From the human T2T-CHM13v2.0 reference genome, Homo sapiens: DNA of 64,000 nucleotides. The position numbers and the translations under genes are program-made. The stretch is from the NCBI RefSeq assembly GCF_009914755.1, contig NC_060934.1; one strand, 5' to 3'. Below the pieces are notes generated by a model. It had not been told where the DNA came from. It was given only the letters and a program-made list of their open reading frames with translations, and ran no database searches. Positions within the stretch are counted from its first letter, which is position 1; each line of letters begins with the position of its first letter. This document shows positions 29,701 to 42,599 of the stretch, piece by piece.

Positions 29701-29790
29701 ATATGTAACAAACCTGCACGTTGTGTACATGTACCCTAGAACTTGAAGTATAATAAAAATAAATAAAAAATAAATAAATAAAAGAAAAAA
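29701..29790 (+). mobile_element. Extremely 5'-truncated L1PA (L1PA4-7-like) 3' tip with A-tail
   Basis: ATATGTAACAAACCTGCACGTTGTGTACATGTACCCTAGAACTTGAAGTATAATAAAAATAAATAAAA. Confidence 0.9.
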
Positions 29791-29879
29791 TTCTGTCCCA
29801 AATGACCCCTTCTCTGCCCTCCATGAGCCTCGGGGCCACCTTTCCTCCCACCAGACCCCTGCAGTGGTCCTGCTCAGTC

Positions 29880-30190
29880 TCATCCTACAACAGCCTGCTT
29901 TCCATTCAGGGAAGTCTTTTTAAAGTGTAGTAGTAGATCGTATTGGCCCCTGATTGGAGCCACCATTGGCATCCTGTAACCGAATGAAATGCACACCCCA
30001 TGCCCTCACCTTTGAGGCTTCATGTGGCCTGGCCCTGTCTGCTCTCTGCTCTCCTCTGGAGTCCCCTGCTCCAGCCCCCAGATGTAAATGCAAGAAAGCA
30101 GGGACTCTGTCTTGTGCACTCCTGTATCCCCTATTATCTGGCTCATGGTGGTTACAAAACAAATTCTTCTAGAATAAATGGATGATTCAA
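29880..30190 (+). mobile_element. L2 3' fragment
   Basis: AGATGTAAATGCAAGAAAGCAGGGACTCTGTCTTGT...TGTATCCCC...; ends GAATAAATGGATGA. Confidence 0.6.
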
Positions 30191-31979
30191 ATCCATGTGA
30201 ACAAACTACTGCACTGCACCACTGGATAGAGGGAATGAATGCTAATAAAAATAAATCACTTCAACTCAGCTCCTTTCAGTCCCTTCCCCTAACCCGGGAG
30301 CCAGTGGGCCCAGAAGAGTGAAGAAGAAGTTTGCATACACCCAGGCTGTATCTGCAAGGGACAAGTTGGCCCAAGAGGGTCCACTGCATCAGCTGCACAG
30401 ACTGTGGGCTGCACAAATCCAGGATGTGCCATTGGCCCGGAAGAACACTCCTGGAGTTTTAGATGGAGCAGTAAAGTACAGTAGCCCTGGATCTCTCAAC
30501 CTCTCTATCAGGGAATGCTCCCACTAAGCCCCACCCCCTCAGCCTTGCCCAGACCCAGCTGTGCATCTCTGCCTCAACTGGTTTCTTCCTTGAGAATTCT
30601 CAACCAATAGACCAGGGAACACCACAGCTGATCATCGCTTTGGAGAGGAGGCAGACGGGGAGAGGGGGAGACTGTGATACTATCAAACGTGCTTTCAGTC
30701 CCATTTACATTGACTGTGCACCCCGAGCTCACCATTTTTCTGAGTTTTGAGCTCTGAGCACATAGAGATCTCAGAACATTTTGGCTGCACTGAAATGGAT
30801 CTCTGTGTGGCGGGGCTGATCATAAAGCACATGTGTGACAGACTCAGTATACACGAATTCCACCAGTGTGAGGCCCTCCAGTTCACCCACATGGACTTGG
30901 CCTCACTTCCCCTTATGCACCATAACAGCCAGTGTGAAGCTACCGCTACTCCTTCCTGCAGATGAGGCCACTGGTGGCCCAAAGAGTTTCAGCGGCTGCC
31001 CAAGATCCCAAGCTGCTGGTGGTAAGACAATGACAATGCTGGCTCTGCTGATGGGCCCAACAGCTCCCAGTGGGCAGTAGTGTTTCCCTGAGGCCCATGG
31101 GGCATAGGAGTCAGAGACTTTGATCTTCAAGACTCAGCCACATGTGGATATCGGGGACCAACACTCTCTCCATCCCCACTCCACTCCCCATCTGCCTTCC
31201 AGGCACTCTGTGGGGTCTGTCCCTTGGCCTAAAATTGGAGTGGAGGGGAGGTGGGATTCATCTTGAAAACAAAAGCCCCACCCCATAACTGAGCTTGGCT
31301 GTCAAGCTGAAGCCTGAAACTAAGTCTGAAAACCTGGGACAGTGCTGCTGACAGCCCCGATGACAGCCTAGCTGGGAGACTGGCTATATTTAGCCATTTG
31401 CTTGACCTAAGATGCTATCTATGAGCAGCAGAACCATAGCACTGGGGAGCAGGAGGGAGGTGGCAGAGAGTCACCACCCTCACTCCCATGCCTCCCCAGT
31501 TGTGCAGCCTCAGTTGGCTACTCCGGGCAAGTTTCCATTTTCTGAACACATTTTTGCTTCCAATGTTAGGGAGGTTTTGTAATCTGCTTAGTGCTTTTCA
31601 CCTGAGAGAAACAGGCAGCACAGCAACCTTGTTAGGAGGCAGAAGCTAAAATCAATCAGCTTTGCTTGCAGCAGGAGGAATTTGAGCACAAGGGGATTAA
31701 GAAACACATCGGCTGTGGGTGGCAAAGCCAGTTTTCCTTTAGCATCCCTGAGTAATTACGGCATTAGCAGGGAGTTTGTGTGCATTGGCATTTACAGAGT
31801 TCTTTTCTGGGAAGGGAACTTGGGCTGTTCAGCAGGACGGACTTAAATCCTAGACAATGATGCCTCTTGCCTTAGGATTTTTGGAAAAATCAAATGAAAT
31901 AGAACAGGAGAAGCATGCAGCATGATAAACGCCATGACTTTTTCTCCTCTTCCCTCCATCCTCCTAATTGAAGAGTTGT

Positions 31980-32100
31980 AGTTTTTGTCCATTTATCCCC
32001 ATTCTACAGATGAAGAAACTGAAAGCAACACTCCAAGAAGGTGGTTTGCCTAAGTTCTCAGCCAGGACTGCAGCAATATTTGAGTTACAGACGCATCAGT
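31980..32100 (-). mobile_element. MIR
   Basis: ATCCCCATTCTACAGATGAAGAAACTGA. Confidence 0.65.
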
Positions 32101-33343
32101 GTTTCCCATCTCTGGGGTTGACTTGTGCTAAGTGGTTCAAGCAAATCAAGGCAGGGAGCACTAATTTTCCAGAAGCAATCTTACCTCTGCTGTTTGAAGT
32201 GTTACAAAATTGGCCCGAGACTACTTCTGTCAGCAGCCCTGCACAAGGCTGCTGAAAGCACTTTTAGCACCTGATTAAAAAGGAGGCTTTATTTTCCTGA
32301 GCAATTACCAGCCTGCATCTCAGGATCTTATCCCAAAGATGAGGAGGAAGAATGATGGAAAGCTCACCACCTGACACTTTCCCAGATTCGAGGCCCTGTC
32401 AGAGCTGGAAAGGAAGACACAGCTGTCCCTCACCCCCCACGATGAAAACTCCTGCTTGCTGCAGAGCTCCCAGCACATAGAGACCTCAGAACATGGCACA
32501 TGCAGGCAAGGCCAGGCCACCCAGTGCTTTTTAGGTCAAGCATCTAGGTGTAGGCTGTGACCTGGTTGCTGGGGGACTTGGAAACAAAGCAAAGAAAAGA
32601 GCTAGCCTGACATGCAGTGCTCCTGTGGGAATGTCACCTTTTCATTTCCCGAAATAGCTCTGCTTGGGAGCTTTTTAGCCTCACAGTAAATTAAAAAAAC
32701 AGACACTCAGGAGATGACCTCCTGCCCACAATCATATGGCCAGGAGCATAGCAGAGAAGGGATTCAAACCTAGGACTATGCCCTAAGCGGCACTCCACCT
32801 TACACATCGCTGCCACAGGGCACCCTGTGCTGCCTTCTAAGAGAAGGTCAGGGTCTGTGTCCACCCAGGCTTGTTCCATTTGGTCTCCCTATCAGTAACC
32901 AGGAACCCAAGAAGGGTGCCGTGCCTTGGTGGTGACTAAAAGACCACTTCCCCCAATCCACATGCCATGTGCTCACCAGGCATCCTACTCAGCACTCTAC
33001 ATCTGGCCTCTGACATCACCAGGGGTGTCTCTGTGGAGCTGAGGCTCCGTACTAGCAAGAACTGGTAAAATGAAAATACCTAATGCTGCCAAAGATGGGC
33101 TCAAACAGGAAGGCTTACTCATTGCTGGTGGTGGTAGTGGAAAGTGATTTTGCAACATGTATGCATAGAGAGCTTAATAATGTGTGTCTCTCTGACCCAG
33201 TAATTACATATATGCAAACATATCTGAAGGTAATAAGTCTAAATAAGTTTTACCTATAAACATCTTCATCGTGACATTTTGTAAAGAGCCACATAACATC
33301 AAAATCCCATCGCATGAATATTAAGCCATTAAAAAATAGTGTT

Positions 33344-33633
<290 letters not shown>

Positions 33634-33814
33634 AAAAAATGTGTTTCAGAAGAATTCATAGTAACATGATCATGCTTTTGATATAAAGTTTCATGAAAAA
33701 AAGGTTATGAAATTATCCAGATCATAACTATAGGAAAAAAGGAAGTAAAAACTATAAATGAATTGCATTTAATTGGCATACAGGACTATGGGGGAAGTTT
33801 TTGCTTGTTTTTTT

Positions 33815-33940
33815 ATCAATAAACTTTATTTTTAGAGTAGTTTTAGATTGACAGCAAAGTTGAGCAGAGGGTTCAGAGATGTCCCCATCTATACCCCTGC
33901 CCCACACACGTTCATAGCCTTCCCCATTAGCAACATTCCT
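33815..33940 (-). mobile_element. L1M (MC/MD-like) 3' terminus
   Basis: ACTTTATTTTTAGAGTAGTTTTAGATTGACAGCAAAGTTGAGCAGAGGGTTCAGAGA. Confidence 0.7.
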
Positions 33941-34398
33941 GGGTGCAGTTTTTTTTCCCCACTTTCCCTTTTTTCCCCCAAAATTGCCTATGATGAGAAA
34001 AATACATTTTTTCAGGAAAGAAGGGAGAAAGGAAATGCAAGAAGAGGACTCCTTCAACTCAGAGAAAGACACAGACAGGTTCCTGGCCCTTTTAACTTGC
34101 AGTACACATTTTTATTTCACCAGCTGTAGGAATTCCTCACCATTTGAAGTGTGTGACCCAAGCATATTCCCCCAGCGAGGGCAGGTCATGACAATGCTTT
34201 TCCAACACCCCAAACCTCCTGAACCCGCCAAATTCCAGCCCACCTCCTAGGGAAACCTCCTGGCTCCCTCTTCGGCTCCCTGAACTTTAGGCAATCTCTC
34301 CCTTGGATGCCGAGCCCTTCCCACCTGCAGCCACAGCCGGAGAAGACTGCCTTGCCCCAGTGCCCAGGCCTGCAGGGTCCCTGGTAATACAACACAAC

Positions 34399-34432
34399 CT
34401 GCAGGGTCGGCCAGCGGCCAACAGGGGGCAGC
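34399..34432 (+). promoter_or_regulatory. Candidate CTCF site (core plus upstream motif)
   Basis: CCAACAGGGGGCAG (34418-34431) matches CCASYAGRKGGCRS with 1 mismatch; TGCAG starts 18 bp upstream of the core CC. Confidence 0.5.
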
Positions 34433-35080
34433 GTGCTGAGCCTGGTGGGGGCCGCCAGTGCCCGTGCATCTCAGGGTCCCCGGTACCCAGAATCCAGGGA
34501 GCGCAGGAACACTGTCTGGATGAGTAGCTGGGTCCGCAGGCTATGTTCAGCACTCTTAGGAGCTTTAAACTGGGGAGTGGGTTTTTCTGGGCAGTGATGG
34601 AGTTCGCGTGCATTAGACAGCCCCGGAGGAAGAGTGGCCTATATCCACCTGCTTTGGTCTCTTTGTAGGTCATTCTAAGGGCCAGTCCCACTCAATTGTG
34701 CTGCAGAGAAAAAACGCCTGGCTTGCCCTCCACCTCCAGGATACATTGGATGGGACTCCTTCCTCTCAGGGCGTTGGTCTCCCTGGGTATGGAGTGACGA
34801 GACGCGATGCCCTCCTAGAGGCATCCATGAAGCTGCCTATGGCTCCATCCGAGACCCTTGTGTGTACGACCAACTCTCAGTGTTGAAGCATTTCCAAAAT
34901 ATGGAACATTTTAGAGGATACATTTATTTTTTATGGCATACATAATGACATCTACAGAGAATTCAGGGTAAAGGCCTTAGAAAATTAAGCCCCAATAGTA
35001 GAAATCAGCTTCGTATCTTTTTGGTAAGATGACATGAAAAGTCTAACCCACAAAACTGCCCATGTCACAGAAGTGCACGG

Positions 35081-35154
35081 ACACACACTCTCAGACACAC
35101 ATGCACACACACACTTTCGCACACTCACACTTTCACACATGCACACACACACAC
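35081..35154. repeat. Degenerate (CA)n
   Basis: ACACACACTCTCAGACACACATGCACACACACAC... Confidence 0.8.
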
Positions 35155-35579
35155 CTGTAAGCATTTCCCTTATCACCACCACTGCTCAAATGACTGAATT
35201 GTAAGGGCACATGGAAAATTTTTAAGAATGGAATGACCCAACAGAATTTTAAAAGGAAAAGATGATGGTTGGGTCTGAATTAGGAGGAAATGACACCAGG
35301 AAAATGGAGACAACAAGCTTTGTGCTGTGACTTAAACGAGATCAAAGACCAGGCCATGTTCACCTTTCTGTGGGAGGGATGCATTGAGAGGCAGTAGTGA
35401 TGGCTTTGGGTCCAGTGGACTCACTGGAGACAAAGAAGCCTCCTGGCACTGCTGTCTGTTGCTAACCCATCAGCCTGGACCCAGAGAGGCAGGGTCTGTG
35501 CAAAAAAAGCCTCTTTCAAAGAGTACAAACAAATCACTCTCCTAACTGAGCCGCCAACCTCAGATAAAGTATGGAGCTA

Positions 35580-35750
35580 AAAGTTCCCTACACATTGTCT
35601 ATGCTTAATATAACACGACAATGCCAGGGCCATATTATGCCTGCTTCCTAGAGAAGACAACTGAGGTACAGGGTGGATAAATAACTTGCCCACACCCACA
35701 CAGCTAGTAAGAGGCCAAACTGGAATTTGATGCCAGATGCCAGCTCTCTT
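35580..35750 (-). mobile_element. MIR
   Basis: AGACAACTGAGGTACAG..AATAACTTGCCCA..CACACAGCTAGTAAG. Confidence 0.7.
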
Positions 35751-36559
35751 CTCTGATTGCCTCTCCATCCCGCCATCCGGGAGGGTGGGGAGGGAGCGCA
35801 GGGGTGGCCAGCATTCCTTAGAGGAGGTGGAAAACATTCCCTGAGGTCACAGCTCTGCGTTAAGTCTTGCTCTCTTTCAAGCCCAGCCGCGCTGGAGGTT
35901 TCCTTTCCACTCCGGGCAGGCCCGGCATTTCGACAGCAATGGCTATTAAAATAGTTCCCCAAGGGTGTGGCCTGGGTTTAGTGGCTTTATCTTGCTCTAC
36001 ATTAAAACGACGGTCAATGGCAGTCTCATTTTCTGGCAGATGTCATTCTCCCTGATGCCCTTGGTGGTGGTGACATCACATCCATGTCTGGCCTGCCTAG
36101 CGAGGCCATCCTTTAAGAGTTCTTCCTCTTTGATGTAATTGAGACTCTTACACCCTAGTTAATTGGGGTTTTGTTTGAGGGGGAGGGGTGTCCTAGGTGG
36201 GAGGTTGTTTATATGTTTATTGGATAAATCTAGTTTATGTGAAAGGCATACCTGTATGGTATATATGTCATTGCTTTCTTTCTTGGCTCCTCATGTCCCT
36301 TGCAGTGAAGTCAGAACCAGGGATCAGACCCTTCTGGATCCCCTTGGCTCCAGGCCCTTGTCTTTACAGGCCCCCGTGATCTCCGGGGAAGGGGCTCACA
36401 GGGCATCTGATCTGGAGTCTGGACCTCAGCCTGGGTTCCAGCTGTGTCTCCCACTGGCTGTCTGACTCTGGACAAACCACGTCGCCCCCTGGACCCAGTC
36501 TCCCCACCTACGAAGTGTGACGGTGGCAGGAGGCAATGTGTGGAATTGTACTGTGAAGA

Positions 36560-36712
36560 CCAAAGGTTATAGAAAACCCTCTTGCTGGTAAAAACATAGC
36601 TTTCTGGGCCCACCCCTAGAGTCTCTGATGCAGTGGAGCCTAAGAATCTGCATTTCTAACAAGCTGCAAGGTGCTGATGCTGTCAGCCTGGGGCCCACAC
36701 TGAGAGAACCTC
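36560..36712. mobile_element. MER5A
   Basis: CTGGGCCCACCCTAGAGTCTCTGAT..AAGAATCTGCATTTCTAACAAGC...GGTGCTGATGCTG...CACACTGAGAGAAC. Confidence 0.8.
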
Positions 36713-36859
36713 TTAGAACTTTTTAGAATGCAGAACTTAGAGAACTTCTGGTGAAGAGTGAAGTACCATGTGGTGAGAGGCACTTGTTATGGGGACACAG
36801 GGCAGTGGGTCACCACCCAAGGAAAGCCGAGACCACACTGCCATTCTGCACACTTCAGG

Positions 36860-37050
36860 GTAGTCTTTCCTGACTCCAGATAAGCTGGATGCTTGCTTAA
36901 AAACAAAAAAAACAGACTGTTGGGCCCAACCCAGATTTACCAAATTAGACATTCCTGGGAGAGACCTGGTCATCTGTTTTGTACCAAGCCTCCAGGCAAG
37001 TCCTGTCTTCAGAGGCATTTGGGAGATGCTGCAGCTTCACAACCAGTTCC
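36860..37050. mobile_element. MER5-type MITE
   Basis: TGCTTAAAAAC..AGACTGTTGGGCCCAACCCAGA...ATCTGTTTTGTACCAAGCCTCCAGG...TTTGGGAGATGCTG. Confidence 0.55.
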
Positions 37051-37694
37051 AATCGAAAAAATAGTATAGGAAAGCAAATGTCCCACCCCCCCAAGTGGGG
37101 ACATGGATAACAGTGACAGCTCAATTTCCGTGAGGAAGAGGCACCCTGCAGCCTGGCAATAGAAACCTCATAAGGCCTGGAACTGGGGCCTCTGTTGAGG
37201 GTTTTTGATGGCATCAGGAAGCAGGATCCTAAGTGGGCTGCCCAGAGTGGCCTCATTGCCAGCACCAGGAGAAACCTGCCCACAGGCTAGGTATTCACCC
37301 GCCTCTCCACGGGGGCCTGTGTCTCCTCTTTGACCCCAAGGATCTCACACGGACCCCTGCCTGGCTGCATCTCAGACTCCCCTGGGAGGGTTTGGAACCT
37401 TCTCCCTATATGGCTGAGCACCATTCCAGCCCCATTCAGGCAGAAACACCAGGGGTGAGCACAGCCTCTACAGTGCTGGGTGTTCCACGGGTGACAGAGC
37501 ACACCCTGAAGCTGGGAAGCTCCGCACTGAGTAAAAGGGAAGAGGCTACACAGTGGGTCACCCAGGCTCTCGCCCTTGGCCGTCTGTGCCCATCTTATCT
37601 ACACAAAGTGAGACAAGACAGTTCCTGACCACACAGCATGTCCTAGCATGAGGACTCTCTTTTAAGTTGTGTTTAGATGCTTGTTTAAACTATT

Positions 37695-38770
<1,076 letters not shown>

Positions 38771-38848
38771 AAATCATAACATTTTTACAAAACTGATATT
38801 TTGTGGAAATGACTAAGGCACCTTTCAGGATAAAGTAGATTTTTATCA

Positions 38849-39163
38849 GGCCTGGTGCGATGGCTCATGCCTGTAATCCCAACATTTAGGGAGGTCCAAG
38901 CGAGAGGATCGCTTGAAGCCAGGAGTCTGAGCCCCTCCTGGGCAACAAAGTGACACCCTCCCTCTACAAAAAATAAAAATAATAAAAATAAATGAGCCAG
39001 GCATGATGATGTGCACCTGTAATCCCAGCTATCCAGGAGGCTGACGTGGGAGGATCCCTTGAGTCCAGGAGTTTGAGGCTGCAGTGAGCTATGATCATGC
39101 TAGTGCACCCCAGCCTGGGCAACAGAGTGAGATACTGTCTCCAAAAAAAAAAAAAAAAAAAGA
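38849..39163 (+). mobile_element. AluJ, full length
   Basis: GAGGATCGCTTGAAGCCAGGAG and GAGTTTGAGGCTGCAGTGAGCTATGATC; TSD AAAGTAGATTTTTATC / AAAGTAGATTTTATC. Confidence 0.93.
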
Positions 39164-40619
39164 AAAGTAGATTTTATCTGAACCAAATGCTGGAGTCAGG
39201 GCTTGTGCTAAGGGAAGCATGGCATGTCTGTGTCAGTTTTCAAAACATCTCCTTCCAAAGGCACACAAGAACCTAGCGGACATTCCACTCTCTTCCCAAA
39301 CACAGAAATAATCTAGGGAACAATTGTAAGCAAAGAACGTTGGTCACAGAAGTTCTTGTATCAATGCTGGGTACACATTTACGATTGTGCCTATTCATTG
39401 ACTCCTCCGTGCTTCATTCATTTGTTTATTCTTCACTCTAGTGTAGAATTAAAAAAGTGTTGCCAGGCCAAGGAGAGACAGAGGGAGCAGAGTACAGGCT
39501 GTAGCCAGCAGGTCCCTTTAAGGAGAAGTGGCGCAGTGCAGAGGAAGAAGCAAGAAGATAGAAAGAGAGACCAGAAAGAGGAGAGGCCAAGGAAGCCGCC
39601 ACAGGCTGTGGGGGGCACCGGAGGCCTGCAGAGGGAGAAAGGAGCCTGCAGGGCATCCTGTGGGGAGCTGGTTTCAGGAGGCCCTGGGCTGTGCCTGGTT
39701 CTCCTCTGCAGCCCCAGCCCCTGGCACACAGTAGGGACCCAGCAAGTGTTAGCTTGCAACATGCCAGAACACGGCTAAGTTTGTAAGAAGCACAAAAGAG
39801 CAGCCCAATCTCAGCCTGAGGATAAATTTAAAGCTCAGACCTTCACCCAGCGGCCACCCACCTGTGTCTTGGAGGCCTCCATCTTTGGCTGGGGCACTTT
39901 GGGGAGAGCCCCTCCGCACACCCAGTCCTCTCCTAAGCCAGCGATAGATCATTTTCATTTCATTCAAATTGAACAGCAAGACTAAACTCAGATCAATTTC
40001 TGATCAGCTTCATTTCTTAGGCTTTCTCAGAGAAGACAAATCCATTAAACACCCCCCTGCTCCCCTCCACGAGGCGCTGAGCTCCCCTTGGCAGCAAGAC
40101 GAGAGCTCTTGAGGATAAAGACTCATTTTATGTGGATCAGTGGCTGGCTTATTGTAGGTGCTTAATAAATATTCAATCATAACAATCTTAATTACTGGAT
40201 TACATCATGTCTGTCTTAGGGTAGGATATAAATAAATAACGCGATAATAATAATGAGACTAACGGAGGGCTGCTCAGTTTGAGTTCCCACTACTTACTAC
40301 ACAGGCAGTCTTAATAAATTTGGGTGGATTTCATATTTCATGAAGACGTATCTGCTAACAGCAGGTAAACATTTCTGAAGATAAGCCTTATGTAGTATTA
40401 ATGTGAGCAGAAGAGTTCCTGGTTTCCTGTTCTATGTCCTCTTGGAACTTAATTCAAGTCGATGTGGTATCCAGTGCTCCCCGTGTTCAGGGACAGCCAC
40501 AAGCAGTGTTGGGAGGAAGACGGGACTAGTTGTCAGGGCATCTGGCACTGCAGTTGGCTTGAGGTGAGACCGGGAGGCAGGTTAGCTTTGTTGTCTCCAA
40601 CACAGCCGAAGCCCAAGAA

Positions 40620-40900
40620 TAGAGCCGCAAATACAGAAGTCTTCTGGCCTGGCAGGTTCTGTAAATGAGTGAAGGTAGCAGGTGGTTCGCAGGAAGGCAC
40701 AGGCTCTGTCTGAAGGACAGCCCTGCTCAGCTCAGCCCCTGCCCCTATATGAGAATGCCACCCTGTGGTGCCTGATATCCCATTAAAATGAGCCAGAAAT
40801 GGAGCAATCAACACAAAAATCTCTTGATTTTTAAATGCTGCTATCAATCCAAATTATTTTAGGACAAAACACACCTGTGGCATTTTGGGCCTCCTCTGGC
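40620..40900. mobile_element. hAT-Charlie MITE remnant (MER102-like)
   Basis: GGCAGGTTCTGTAAATGAGTGAAG ... GAGCCAGAAAT...AAATCTCTTGATTTTTAAATGCTG...AAAACACACCTGTGG. Confidence 0.5.
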
Positions 40901-42599
40901 CCTGGGCTATACTAGGCATGTCTGGAGCTCAGAGCCAGGGGTGTGCAAGAAAGGCATGTACAGGACCCTCCATGAAGGCCAGGAGTGGGAAACCGAGGGA
41001 AATGCCCCTGGCCAAGGGGCTGCACGTCCAGCTCTGGGCTCTGGCACCAGCTGTTATTCACTGGACTCACCATGTGACTCTCCATAAGTCTCCAAGCCCA
41101 TGCTCCCAAGGCTGGAAAGTGGAGGGTGATGAGGCTGCTGGGGCTGTGCCAAGAACCAGTGCAAGAGAGACAGTGACAGGAAGCCCTCTGCAGACCCGAC
41201 AGCACCACACCGAGGAACAGCGACGAGTGGATGCCCAGAAACTTACATGGAAGCCTCAGAGCTCCCTGAATTCTGGCCTCTGGAAGCCTCTCGAAACTTC
41301 AAGAAGCAGAGCTAGTCTGGAGGAGTTGAGACCCGAATGTCAGATAGCGATCCCAGAGAGAAGACTGTGGCCTGCAAACCTGCTCATCAGAGGGCGCACA
41401 GTCTGGCTCTGCCCTGACCTTGCACAGCATGCAAGGCCCATCCCACTGTGAGTATCTGTTTCCTACTCTGTGCTCTAAAAGGCTCCGGCCTGAAGAATGC
41501 AAAGGAACCTCCTCTAGTGTGTGAGGGCAGGGGTATTGCCATACTGCTTTCCCCAGCAGGAAGCCCCACAGCTCTGACAAAGTGGAAGGTGCATGAGCTG
41601 GGCCGCCCATCTGTGGACACAAGCACCTCTGCCTCCCTGCTGGGGCCGAGGTGACCCTTTGAAGCAAAGACAATGCCATAAAGGAAACTTGGGACCTGCA
41701 AGGCTCCAAGAAGCATCTCCCTGCCCCAGACACAGGTCACCAGGCCACAGCACTGGCCCCTGGGGAAAGTCCACTGACCAGCCTTTGGGAGAAAGTAGAT
41801 AGCTCTGGGCTTTCTAGAGAAACTCCACCTGCACTGGGGTATTTTTATCCCCACCATCCCATACATCCATTCTAGGGGCATTAACATCACAGGTGAAATT
41901 AGCCACTCACCTTCATGTGGGTCCAGCAGGAAAAACCTCAGGGACCCTTGTGGGGTGGGGAAATGGAAAGAGTCCCTCGTCCAAAATAAGACCAGGTGTT
42001 CACTCTGCTGCAAGTCACCTCAATGAAAAATGCATTGTTTTTTAAAGAAGAAATCAACACACATACATATTCTTCTTCACTATTTGTTGTTTAGGCATTT
42101 TTTCTCTAATGCCTGGTGATACAGTATTTGAGACTATCTTAATATATAAATACATTTTTGCATGAATATTCATGTTTTTACATTAATATATGACCTCCAT
42201 TTTTTACTTGGTTACTCAACAATCTATCATAAATATTTTCTCCTTTTTTAAGTTTTTAATTTATAAGGGCAGCCCCAGGCAACCAATCTGTAAAGTTGGA
42301 TGTTTAATTGTTTCTGATGTTTTGTGTACTTGCCCATGTTTGTAGGGCTGTTGGCCTCCCTGAAGCCACTTTATATCAAATAACCCTAAGTGAGGTGACC
42401 AGACAGACTGGAGTCTGCAGGACGGGCCACCTCCTCTGCCATGTGGCCTGAGGGACAGTCTCAGATCTCACCCTGGCTCCCGCAGGGCCCCACCCACGTT
42501 CTCCTATTCCCTGCCTGTGTCTCTCTCCTTCCCAGGAGCTCCCACCTCCTCATCAGCTCCCTCTGACCCTCTCTGTCTTCGCTGCCCCAGGGAATTTTC

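Noticed and set aside
41383-41398. CTCF-like CATCAGAGGGCGC (also 25384-25397 and 27123-27136)
   Set aside because: Two or more mismatches in the 5' half of the core; too weak without data.
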